NCBI GenBank assembly: GCA_041446875.1 | Contig: JBGOEW010000006.1 | Span: 4,326 to 68,325 of the forward strand | Origin: Candidatus Fervidibacter sp. | GTDB taxonomy: Bacteria; Armatimonadota; Fervidibacteria; Fervidibacterales; Fervidibacteraceae | Direction of reading: 5' to 3' | Length of the DNA stretch: 64,000 bases | Shown here: positions 28,430 through 36,822 of the stretch, in pieces | Position numbering within the stretch: the first letter of the stretch is position 1 | Layout: every line of letters begins with the position of its first letter | The notes under the pieces: model-generated | Seen by the model: only the letters and a program-made list of their open reading frames with translations | The model's database searches: none | What the model was told of the DNA's origin: nothing | Made by a program: the position numbers and the translations under genes

Positions 28430-29299
28430 GTGGCGAAGGCGATGGCGTTGCTGGGCGCTCACTTGCCGACGCGGGGCAACTTGGCGTCGGCGTTGGAATT
28501 GGGTGCTCGTCTCGGTTGTCAAGTCGTGCAACTGTTCGTGAAAAGCCCAATACAGTGGACGGCACCGCCGCTGACGGAGGCGGCGGTGTCAGCGTTTTGG
28601 GATGCCCGCTCCCACACGAAACCTCAACTCCTTGTCGCCCACGCCGCTTACCTCATCAACTTGGCGTCGCCGAAGCGTGAAGTGTTGGCACTTTCGCGCA
28701 AGGCGCTTTGGGAAGAAGCGCAACGCTGCCAGCAATTGGGCGTTGCCTTCTTGGTTGTCCATGCTGGAGCGCATCTGGGTAGCGGTGAACGCGTGGGACT
28801 GCGCCGCTTGCGGGATAGTTTGCACTGGCTTTTAGACCGCCTTGACAATTCATCACCGCCCGTGGCGCTCCTTTTGGAAAACACGGCGGGGCAAGGAAGT
28901 TGCTTGGGTGCTCGGTTGGAGCAACTGGCGACAGTGATCAGCGACTTGCCCTGCGACCTTGTCGGCGTTTGCCTTGACACTTGTCACCTTTTTGCGGCGG
29001 GTTACGAACTGCGGACAGAAGAAAGCGTTGCGGCGCTGGCGAAGGAAATTGCGGAAACGGTCGGGTGGCAGCGGGTGCGATTACTGCACGCCAATGACTC
29101 CTTGCGCCCTTTCGGAAGCCGCGTAGACCGTCATTGGCACATCGGCGAAGGGCACATCGGCATGGACGGGTTTCGGGCATTGTTGCGCCATCCGCAATTT
29201 TCGTCGCTGCCCATCGTTTTGGAGACGCCCCAAGCCGAGCGACGGCATGCGGAAAACTTGCGGCGGTTGCGCTCCCTGCTCGCCACGCCACAATCTTAG
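28430..29299 (+). CDS. nfo: Endonuclease IV
   Basis: LGAH, HAAYLINLAS, LENTAGQG, LDTCHLFAAGY, HANDS, DRHWHIGEG and LETP motifs. Confidence 0.95.
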   Translation: MAKAMALLGAHLPTRGNLASALELGARLGCQVVQLFVKSPIQWTAPPLTEAAVSAFWDARSHTKPQLLVAHAAYLINLASPKREVLALSRKALWEEAQRCQQLGVAFLVVHAGAHLGSGERVGLRRLRDSLHWLLDRLDNSSPPVALLLENTAGQGSCLGARLEQLATVISDLPCDLVGVCLDTCHLFAAGYELRTEESVAALAKEIAETVGWQRVRLLHANDSLRPFGSRVDRHWHIGEGHIGMDGFRALLRHPQFSSLPIVLETPQAERRHAENLRRLRSLLATPQS

Positions 29300-29333
29300 C
29301 GGCGAAACCCAAAACGAAGGGAGCGATGGAGCG

Positions 29334-30365
29334 ATGGGGGAGCGTTCCTTGCGGGTCGGCGTCGTGAGTTTGGCGCATGTCCATGCCCCTGCTTTGATCC
29401 GAGCCTTTCAGTCCCATCCGCAGGCGCAAGTCGTCGCCATCGCCCACGATGACCTTTCCCAAGCCCAACAACTTGCTGACCAACTGCAAGTGCCCCGCGT
29501 TTACCTGAGCGCCGAGACGATGTTGGACAAAGAGCCGTTGGATGCTGTCCTTTGTTGTGCGCCCAACGCCCAACATCATGAGGTCGTGGAATTGGCGACT
29601 GCCAAAGGATTGCCCGTGTTCGTGGAGAAGCCGATGGCGGCGACCGTAGAACAAGCACGGCGGATGTTGACAGCGGCGCAAAAGGGTGGCACTTTGCTGA
29701 TGGTCAATTATCCCAGCACTTGGAACCCTGCCTTGCACACCGCCAAGCGATTGCTGGACGAGGGCGCAATCGGTCAACCCGTTTACTTCCGCTGGCGGGC
29801 GGGGCATCGCGGTCCGTTGGCGCATTTGTCGCCCGAAGAGCAAGCAAAGTCGTGGTGGCATCAACGGTTGCTGGGCGGCGGAGCATTGCTGGACTTTTGC
29901 TGTTATGGCGCTAACATTTCCCTCTGGTGGTTCGGCGAGTTGCCCTTCAGCGTTCTGGGCGTCGCCGACCGATTGGCGAAACCGTTCGGCGATGCGGAAG
30001 ACAACGCCATTTTGGTCGCCCGTTACCCGAAAGCCTTTGCAGTGTTGGAAGCGTCGTGGAGTCAAGGCGGGTCGGTGTCGGGCGGTCCGATGGTTGTCGG
30101 GACGGAAGGCGCTATGACGGTGACGCAACGGGAAGGGCAGGCAGGCGTGCTGTTGACGCGGGACGGGAAAGAAGAGTTCGTCGCTGCCGATGCGTTGCCG
30201 CCGAACTTCCAAAGCGGTGTGGCGCATTTCGTCGCGGCACTCCTTGAGGGCACATCGCTGCATTTGACCGTCTCGCCTGATTTCAATGTCGGCGTGCAGG
30301 CGATCTTGGAGGCGGGTTTGCTTTCGGCGAAGACAGGGACGGCGGTCAACCCGCGCCTTTTGTGA
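29334..30365 (+). CDS. Gfo/Idh/MocA family oxidoreductase
   Basis: Rossmann-like start RVGVVSLAHVH, VFVEKPMA, and GGGALLDFCCYG. Confidence 0.9.
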   Translation: MGERSLRVGVVSLAHVHAPALIRAFQSHPQAQVVAIAHDDLSQAQQLADQLQVPRVYLSAETMLDKEPLDAVLCCAPNAQHHEVVELATAKGLPVFVEKPMAATVEQARRMLTAAQKGGTLLMVNYPSTWNPALHTAKRLLDEGAIGQPVYFRWRAGHRGPLAHLSPEEQAKSWWHQRLLGGGALLDFCCYGANISLWWFGELPFSVLGVADRLAKPFGDAEDNAILVARYPKAFAVLEASWSQGGSVSGGPMVVGTEGAMTVTQREGQAGVLLTRDGKEEFVAADALPPNFQSGVAHFVAALLEGTSLHLTVSPDFNVGVQAILEAGLLSAKTGTAVNPRLL

Positions 30366-30380
30366 GGGCGCATCGGGACG

Positions 30381-31259
30381 GTGATGGCGATGGTGCGTCA
30401 TCCCCTTGTGGCGGGCATGTTCTATCCGCACCATTCGCACGCTTTGCAGCAGCAATTGGAATGGTGCTTTCGGCACAAACTTGGTGCGGGCGATTTGCCA
30501 AAGGTGAACGAGCAAGGGCGACGCCGCATCGTCGGTTTGGTCGTGCCCCATGCAGGCTACATCTATTCGGGCATGACGGCTTCGCGGGCTTACGCTGCGT
30601 TAGCGGACGATGGCATCCCGCAAGTGGCGGTTTTGTTCGCCCCCGCTCACTATCGCCCCGGCGCCCCTTTCGCCGTCTGGACGAAAGGCGCTTGGGAGAC
30701 GCCCTTAGGACAAGTCAAAGTGGCGGAGGAGTTAGCGCAAGCCTTGGTCGCTGCCGATGAAGGTTACGCCGAAGATGTCAACCCCCACTTGGGCGGGTTC
30801 GGTCATGGCGAGCACAGCATTGAGGTGCAGTTGCCCTTCCTGCAATTCGTCTTCGGCGACCGAACGCCTGCTATCGTCCCGATCGCTGTTAGTTGCCATG
30901 AGTTGGATGAACTGAAGCGGGCTGGTCAGGTGTTGGCGGAAGTGGTGCAGCGGCAAAATGGCGATGTCGTGCTCATCGCCAGTTGCGACCTCACCCATTA
31001 CGAACCCCATGTCGTCGCTGAACGGCACGACCGAGAGACACTGGAGCGGTTGATAGCGTTGGACGCCGATGGCGTTTGGGATTGTGTGCGGCGCTATCCC
31101 AGCCAATCGGATGTGCTGGTTGCCATCCCCGTCGTGGAAGCGGCGAAAGGGCTGGGAGCGACAGAAGGCGTCATCTTGGGCTACAGCACTTCGGGACAGG
31201 TGACGGGCGATTTGAGCGAAGTCGTCGGCTACGGTGCCGCCGCTTTGTTGCGCCCGTGA
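30381..31259 (+). CDS. amrB: AmmeMemoRadiSam system protein B (MEMO1 family)
   Basis: AGMFYP, PHAGYIYSG, WETPLG, EHSIEVQLPFLQ, SCDLTHY and VVGYGA motifs. Confidence 0.9.
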   Translation: MMAMVRHPLVAGMFYPHHSHALQQQLEWCFRHKLGAGDLPKVNEQGRRRIVGLVVPHAGYIYSGMTASRAYAALADDGIPQVAVLFAPAHYRPGAPFAVWTKGAWETPLGQVKVAEELAQALVAADEGYAEDVNPHLGGFGHGEHSIEVQLPFLQFVFGDRTPAIVPIAVSCHELDELKRAGQVLAEVVQRQNGDVVLIASCDLTHYEPHVVAERHDRETLERLIALDADGVWDCVRRYPSQSDVLVAIPVVEAAKGLGATEGVILGYSTSGQVTGDLSEVVGYGAAALLRP

Positions 31260-31318
31260 CGGATGCCCTTTGCCCCCAACGGGCTTGGCAAAAGGGCTTG
31301 ACAAAGGAGGGACACCGA

Positions 31319-32212
31319 ATGCGTCGGGTGACAGGCTTCGTTTTTGTCGGCATCGTCGCCATCGGGTTGGTCGGCTGTGGGCGAGTGCAAACGGGAGAAA
31401 AGGCTGGTCAGGCGACTTTAGTTTCGGAACGCCCCCGCCCCAAAGCCGCCAAGCCAACATCGGAAGCGCCCAAACCTGCGCCCCTCGTTGCGCCTGCTAC
31501 GGGGATGACGACCGCTGCACCGTCACCGACTGCCCCAACCCCTTCCGCTACACCTTCTCCCGCAACTTCTCCGACACCTTCGCCGACGAGTGAGAAAGTT
31601 TCCCCGCCTGAGCCTGAAAAGCCAACTCCGCCGCCAGTTTCGCCATCTCCCACACCTGCAGCGGCACCGACCCAAAAAAGCCAACCGACGCCGACCGTTG
31701 AAGTTTTGCCGTTGGCGGATGAAGTTCGGAGCGTGCGGGCGATTTTGGAATCGCTGCGGACGCAGTTTGACCGCCTTCCGCCTGAAGAGGTGCGGATGCG
31801 CCTTTTGCTGGCGGAGCAAGGGTTGAGCGAAATTGAGGTTCGTTCCCCTGCGTTGGTGCTTTGGCGGACGGCGCTGCGGTTGGAGGCGTTGCAGAAAGCC
31901 CCGACGCCTGACCTTGCCCTTGCAAAGGCGTGGCTTTTGCGAGCCCGCCAGTGGCTTTCTGAGGAGGGCTTGACGGCTATCACCGAAGCGGAAAAGGCAC
32001 TGGCAGCCAACCGATGGGCGGATGGGATTGGGGCGTTGCGGTCAGCGGCGCAACGATGGCGAGCGGAGGAGCAATTGGCCGCCATCGCTCAAACCCGCAC
32101 CAGTTTGCTGAACGCTTTGGACGCTTTAGAGCGGCAGAAACCCGCCGTCGCTAAAGCTGAAATCGGCGAAAGTTTGAAGGGCATAGACCGCTTGCTGACG
32201 GCGCTGCCATAA
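31319..32212 (+). CDS. Lipoprotein with a Pro/Thr/Ser-rich linker and a helical C-terminal domain
   Basis: AGGAGG RBS before ATG 31319, lipobox GLVGC, and a long PT/PS low-complexity tract. Confidence 0.75.
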   Translation: MRRVTGFVFVGIVAIGLVGCGRVQTGEKAGQATLVSERPRPKAAKPTSEAPKPAPLVAPATGMTTAAPSPTAPTPSATPSPATSPTPSPTSEKVSPPEPEKPTPPPVSPSPTPAAAPTQKSQPTPTVEVLPLADEVRSVRAILESLRTQFDRLPPEEVRMRLLLAEQGLSEIEVRSPALVLWRTALRLEALQKAPTPDLALAKAWLLRARQWLSEEGLTAITEAEKALAANRWADGIGALRSAAQRWRAEEQLAAIAQTRTSLLNALDALERQKPAVAKAEIGESLKGIDRLLTALP

Positions 32213-32333
32213 CTGACGGCATTTTTGCGCTCCGTCAAAACCTTTCCCCGCCGAATGCCGCAACTTTTTCCCTGCCTGACTTTTTGAGGCAACGGAAAAG
32301 GCTTCGCCCGACCTTTTGGAGGTGACTTTTTCG

Positions 32334-32864
32334 GTGAGTGCTGCGCCCTTGCAAACGGTGGAAGAAGCCCGCCCACGCCTTTACGACATCGCTGCCCGAC
32401 TAACTGCCGACCGAGAGTTGCGAGAGGATTTGGTCAGCGAGATGACGCTGTTTTTGTTGGAGCGGTGGAAGGAGTTGAGTGACAAGCCCGACGCTTACAT
32501 CTTCCGCGCCTGCTATCGTCACGCCATTGATGTCCTTCGGCGGGGCAAAAGCATAGACAGCAAGTCCCGCAGTGGCGTCGTCGTGGAGAGCCTTTGTGTT
32601 TTGTGCGAGCGGTTAGGCGTGGACGAATGCTTGTTCGCTTGCTCGGTCAATGGCAACGATGACCCTGAAGCCATCTTCATAGCCCGCTGCCTAATGCGGG
32701 AGTTGCTGGCTCGCTTGACGCCGACCCAACGGGAAGTCTTGCTGTTGCTGGTGGAAGGTTACCGTCCCGCCGAAATCGCCGCCAAGCGAGGCGTCTCCAA
32801 ACCGACGGTGACGAAATGCCTGCGGGCGATCCAGCGCACCCTCGCCCAATTGCGCAAGGGATAG
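32334..32864 (+). CDS. Sigma-70 family (ECF-like) sigma factor
   Basis: Region 2-like REDLVSEMTLFLLE...YIFRACYRHAID and region 4 LTPTQREVLLLLVEGYRPAEIAAKRGVSKPTV. GGAGGTGA RBS before GTG 32334. Confidence 0.75.
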   Translation: MSAAPLQTVEEARPRLYDIAARLTADRELREDLVSEMTLFLLERWKELSDKPDAYIFRACYRHAIDVLRRGKSIDSKSRSGVVVESLCVLCERLGVDECLFACSVNGNDDPEAIFIARCLMRELLARLTPTQREVLLLLVEGYRPAEIAAKRGVSKPTVTKCLRAIQRTLAQLRKG

Positions 32865-32878
32865 TCCCGCTTTGAGGT

Positions 32879-34945
32879 TTACTTTTCGCCCCCTTGTTCG
32901 GGCGTCCGCAGCCGAAGCGTCCCCTCTTGCCACTCCACCGACTTGCCCAATGCCTGCCCTAAAGAGCGCAAGGGCAGGAAGGTGCGATTGCCCAACAGGA
33001 AAGGCGCTATTGGGAGAACCAGCCGCTCCCCATTGACCGCCAGTTCCTTCTTCCCGATGGTCGCCAGCAAGCGCAGCGACCCCAGAGTGGCGGTGGCTTG
33101 CTTGTGGGTGTTGTCCCAATCCACGACGCCCCCACTGGCTTCCACAACGGCGCGGAAGGGACCGACGACCATCCCGTCCCGAAGGAAAGCGGGGGTCTCA
33201 CTTTTGACGAGGCGGTCATCCGCCCAAACTTTCACCGATGGGGCAGGCACCCAAATTTGTTGACCGACCCGTAAAGGAGCACGAACAGACAATCCATTGG
33301 CAGCCGCCAGCACCTCAGGGGCAATGCCAAACCGTTCTGCCAAATTTTGGAGGGTGTCACCTGCGATAGCAGTGTAGCGGAAGCCATGAAGGGGTTGGAG
33401 TTTGGGTGACCGAACCTGCCAGCGGGCAGGCGTCGGCGCAGCGGGATGGGGCAACTCAGGCAAGGGCAAAACCCGATCAGGTTCAGGCAACGGCGCCGCC
33501 GCCAATGACCTTGAAGGCGGCGCCATCGCCATTCGCCGTGCCGTCAACAGGATAAAACGAGGGGTTTCTGGCAGGGACGCTGTCATCCCTTCAGGCTTGG
33601 GGAGAACGGGCAATGCCCCTACTTGCCCCATCGTCTTCGGCAAGGCAAGGTCGGATCGGAAAGTTTGCACTCCTATCGTCGGTCGGGGTTGAGCCGACAA
33701 GGGCACAGAAATGCCCGACGCTAAGGACACTCGCTGAGGTGGTGACGACGGGCTTTGAGGGACGGGAGAAACAGAGCGAGAGAGTTCCAGACCTTGCGCC
33801 GTTTGAGGGGAGGGCAAGGAGGAAGGGGCGGAAGGCATGGGCATCACGCCGAGCGGGCGGGAAACTGCCTCAGCGAGTTGAAGGGACGAGCGGGAAGAGG
33901 GCAAACCTTGCGCCGTTTGAGGGGAGGGCAAGGGGGAAGGGGCGGAAGGCATGGGCATCACGCCGAGCGGGCGGGGCATCGTCTCGGCGAGTCGGGGAGA
34001 TGGGCGCATGCCCGACGGGGATGTCCATTGCGGTTGAAGGCGAGAGGTCGGCGTGGGCAAGGGGTTAAGCATAGCAATCAAGGGCGCCATGGCGACGGTC
34101 GGAAGGGCGAGGGTCGTTGTCGCCATCGTGATGGTCGCTAAGGTTGCGCCCCCTCTCGGTGGCGGGGCGGGCGTCGCTTGAGATAGGACGGGTTGGGCAA
34201 CTTTGTTTTGGACGATGACCAACACCTCGTTAGAGAAAGTCCGTTGCCCTTGTTCGTTGACGACCCACGCTTGCAAGAGGTAAACGCCATCAGGGAAGAG
34301 CGGTTCGCCCGTATTGGGATGGGTGACTGTTGTGTCCCAACGCACTTGCACTTCCACTTCTTGCCCTCGCAAAGTCCCCGTGTAAATGGACTGGTCACGC
34401 AAGGTCGCCTGCTCCTTCGCCCGCAAGACTAACCCCCGTAACCCTTTGTCATCACGGGCGCGGATGAGGACAATGACCGTCCCTCGCACTAAAGCGCCGC
34501 TGGTCGGGCTAACGATGTCCACTTTGGCGGGGCGGGGCACTTGCCCCTTGATCAGTCGCAGCGACCCACTTCCTTCCCGCCCTTTCGCGTCCGCGACGCG
34601 GATGGTAATGGTGTAAACGCCGTCGGGAAACTGGCGGACACCTTGCCAAACCAGCGCCAACTCCACTTCAGGGGATGGCGGTTCAATGGGGATGGGGTCG
34701 TTGCCTGGGTGCCCATTGACAAAGGGTTGATAGCGCATCAGGTTCGTCCCATCGGGGCTGGTCAGGCGGAAACGGATGGTGACCGTTTCCGCATCGGCAG
34801 GGATAACGGCATCCTCTTGGGGCTCTATGAAGGTAACTTTGGGGATGGCTTGGTCTTGCCCCCATCCTTTGCCCAAAGCCAAGAAGACGCCCAACACGCC
34901 GACCAACCACCAAAACCTTCGTCGCTGGCTTCCATCCCGCCACAT
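32879..34945 (-). CDS. Exported multidomain protein: Ig-like domains, Pro-rich stalk, LysM, copper-amine-oxidase-N-like anchor domain
   Basis: Signal peptide, two Ig-like repeats (DGVYTITIRVADAKG; DGVYLLQAWVVNEQG), LysM YTAIAGDTLQNLAERFGI...LRVGQQIWVP, and PFRAVVEASGGVVDWD...TFLPLRSLGQALG. Confidence 0.8.
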   Translation of the reverse strand: MWRDGSQRRRFWWLVGVLGVFLALGKGWGQDQAIPKVTFIEPQEDAVIPADAETVTIRFRLTSPDGTNLMRYQPFVNGHPGNDPIPIEPPSPEVELALVWQGVRQFPDGVYTITIRVADAKGREGSGSLRLIKGQVPRPAKVDIVSPTSGALVRGTVIVLIRARDDKGLRGLVLRAKEQATLRDQSIYTGTLRGQEVEVQVRWDTTVTHPNTGEPLFPDGVYLLQAWVVNEQGQRTFSNEVLVIVQNKVAQPVLSQATPAPPPRGGATLATITMATTTLALPTVAMAPLIAMLNPLPTPTSRLQPQWTSPSGMRPSPRLAETMPRPLGVMPMPSAPSPLPSPQTAQGLPSSRSSLQLAEAVSRPLGVMPMPSAPSSLPSPQTAQGLELSRSVSPVPQSPSSPPQRVSLASGISVPLSAQPRPTIGVQTFRSDLALPKTMGQVGALPVLPKPEGMTASLPETPRFILLTARRMAMAPPSRSLAAAPLPEPDRVLPLPELPHPAAPTPARWQVRSPKLQPLHGFRYTAIAGDTLQNLAERFGIAPEVLAAANGLSVRAPLRVGQQIWVPAPSVKVWADDRLVKSETPAFLRDGMVVGPFRAVVEASGGVVDWDNTHKQATATLGSLRLLATIGKKELAVNGERLVLPIAPFLLGNRTFLPLRSLGQALGKSVEWQEGTLRLRTPEQGGEK
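33791..33970. repeat. Intragenic direct repeat with a 114-bp period
   Basis: ACCTTGCGCCGTTTGAGGGGAGGGCAAGG... at 33791 and 33905. Encodes RPLGVMPMPSAPS(P/S)LPSPQTAQGL twice, 38 aa apart. Confidence 0.9.
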
Positions 34946-35094
34946 GGCGCTCGCCTCCTCGTCGCACCTGCAGGCTGTTGACCGACCAGTTTATGCCACA
35001 ACCCGTCCCATTTGTCAACCCCCTTGCCCTTCAGGAAGGCTGTGGCATCATCAAAAGCGTCTGCAAACAAGCGCCTGTAAGGAGGCGGTTGACG

Positions 35095-36042
35095 ATGGGG
35101 CGGGCTGGATGGCTGGTGTTGCTGATAGCGATGGTCTCGGTCGCCCCAGCGATGCAGGAAACGGAGAAAGAGCCACCTCAAACGCAACTTTTGCGTTTGG
35201 ACGGGAGCGTTCGGGGCATCATCATCGGGCTGAACCGAGCGACCTTAGCCATCCTCTCTGCCCAACAGGTCGTCACCTACCTGCACTTGCCCATTGACAA
35301 ACTTCCCAACTGGGTGCGGACGGGTGTGGCAGTCACTGTCCTCTATCGGGTCAACGAAAACGGCGAATTTTGGGCGGAGCAAATTTCTCCACCATCGCCG
35401 ACCGAGCCGCAAGAACCTTCCCCGACCACGCCCAAAATTGTCATCGTGCCCTTAGAATCGCTGATCAAGACCGAGCCGTCCCGACAAGGCTCCCTAATGG
35501 AGCAGCGACAGCGTTCCCTTCCCTCGCGGGGTCTGAACATTTTGCAGGCGCGGCTTCGCACGACCCTCAGCCCGATGGAAAGCGAAGTCCAACGGTTGCT
35601 GCCCCATTATCGGGCTGCCGTGAAATTTTTCAACGCCACCTTGACCGACGAGCAGGTTGATGCCATCGCCAGCACCATCATCCGCTGTGGCTTGCGATAC
35701 GGCATAGACCCGCGTTTGATTGTCGCCGTCATCGCTTGTGAGTCCAGTTTCCGTCCCAACGCCGTCGGCAAAAAGGGCGAAATTGGCTTGGGGCAACTCA
35801 AGCCTGAGACGGCAGCGGGGTTGGGCGTCAACCCTTACGACCCCATCCAGAACATTGATGGTTGCGCCCGCTACCTGCGGCAGCAGTTGGAGCGTTTCGG
35901 TGACCTCGCCTTAGCGCTGGCGGCTTACAACGCTGGTCCGAATGCCGTCCTCAAAGCGGGCGGCATCCCGCAAAATGGCATCACGCCCCGCTATGTGCAG
36001 AAGGTGCTGGACCTTTACCGCCGTCTCTGTGGTCAACCGTGA
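35095..36042 (+). CDS. Lytic transglycosylase (SLT domain)
   Basis: AVIACESSF, GEIGLGQL, NIDGCARYL and ALAAYNAG motifs. AGGAGG RBS before ATG 35095. Confidence 0.9.
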   Translation: MGRAGWLVLLIAMVSVAPAMQETEKEPPQTQLLRLDGSVRGIIIGLNRATLAILSAQQVVTYLHLPIDKLPNWVRTGVAVTVLYRVNENGEFWAEQISPPSPTEPQEPSPTTPKIVIVPLESLIKTEPSRQGSLMEQRQRSLPSRGLNILQARLRTTLSPMESEVQRLLPHYRAAVKFFNATLTDEQVDAIASTIIRCGLRYGIDPRLIVAVIACESSFRPNAVGKKGEIGLGQLKPETAAGLGVNPYDPIQNIDGCARYLRQQLERFGDLALALAAYNAGPNAVLKAGGIPQNGITPRYVQKVLDLYRRLCGQP

Positions 36043-36048
36043 ACGGGC

Positions 36049-36807
36049 GTGACGCTGATGGCAGGCGAGGAACGACAGGATGTTCAGCAACCTGCCTTCC
36101 CTGCCCCTTTCGTCTCCGTCATCATTCCCGCCCACAATGAAGCCGACCGCATCGCCCCAACAATCGCCGCTTTGAAGCGGGCGGCGGAGCGAAGTGGATG
36201 GGCTTGGGAACTGATTGTCGTGGACGACGCTTCCGATGATGACACCGCCACCGTCGCCGCTCAAGCGGGGGCGACCAAAGTTTTCCGCCTTTCTCGTCCC
36301 TCGTCCCTCGTCCCTCGTCCCTTCGGCAAGGGGGCTGCTTTGCGAAGGGGCATCGCCGAAGCGAAGGGTGACATCGTGCTCTTCGTGGACGCCGACATCG
36401 GCGACGATGCCGAAAAATTTTGGACGCTGGTGGAGTGGGTTCGGCGGGGCGATGCCGACATGGCGATCGCCGCCCCGCCCCCCGACCCGAAGGGCGGAGG
36501 TTTCGGAATTGTCAAGACTTTTGCGGCGTGGGCAATCCAAAGGGCAACGGGTTTTCAACCGCAAGCGCCTTTGTCGGGGCAACGAGCCTTGCGCCGAACT
36601 GTGTTGGAACGCCTCCCAATCGCTGACGGCTACGCGGTGGAGACGGCGTTGACGATAGATGCCTTGCGAGCCCATTTTCGGGTCGTGGAAGTGCCCATCC
36701 CTTTCGGGCATCGGGCGTTGGGGAAAAGTTGGCGGGGCTTTTTGCATCGGGCAAAACAACTTTGGGACATCGCCAAAGCCGTCCTGCCCCGATTGCTGTC
36801 CAAGTGA
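36049..36807 (+). CDS. Glycosyltransferase family 2
   Basis: VSVIIPAHNEA, VVDDASDD, GKGAAL, FVDADI, PLSGQRA and GYAVET motifs. Confidence 0.9.
   Translation: MTLMAGEERQDVQQPAFPAPFVSVIIPAHNEADRIAPTIAALKRAAERSGWAWELIVVDDASDDDTATVAAQAGATKVFRLSRPSSLVPRPFGKGAALRRGIAEAKGDIVLFVDADIGDDAEKFWTLVEWVRRGDADMAIAAPPPDPKGGGFGIVKTFAAWAIQRATGFQPQAPLSGQRALRRTVLERLPIADGYAVETALTIDALRAHFRVVEVPIPFGHRALGKSWRGFLHRAKQLWDIAKAVLPRLLSK
36293..36320 (+). repeat. 4x CTCGTCC heptamer inside the GT2 gene
   Basis: Exact tandem CTCGTCC x4, read in frame as SRPSSLVPRP. Confidence 0.9.
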
Positions 36808-36822
36808 AAGGGTGACCGCACC

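Noticed and set aside
28938-30551. Long antisense ORFs (also 38467..39765, 12785..13930, 20002..20973, 8048..9019)
   Set aside because: They lie opposite well-supported genes, have no recognisable motifs, and are the shadow ORFs expected at high GC.
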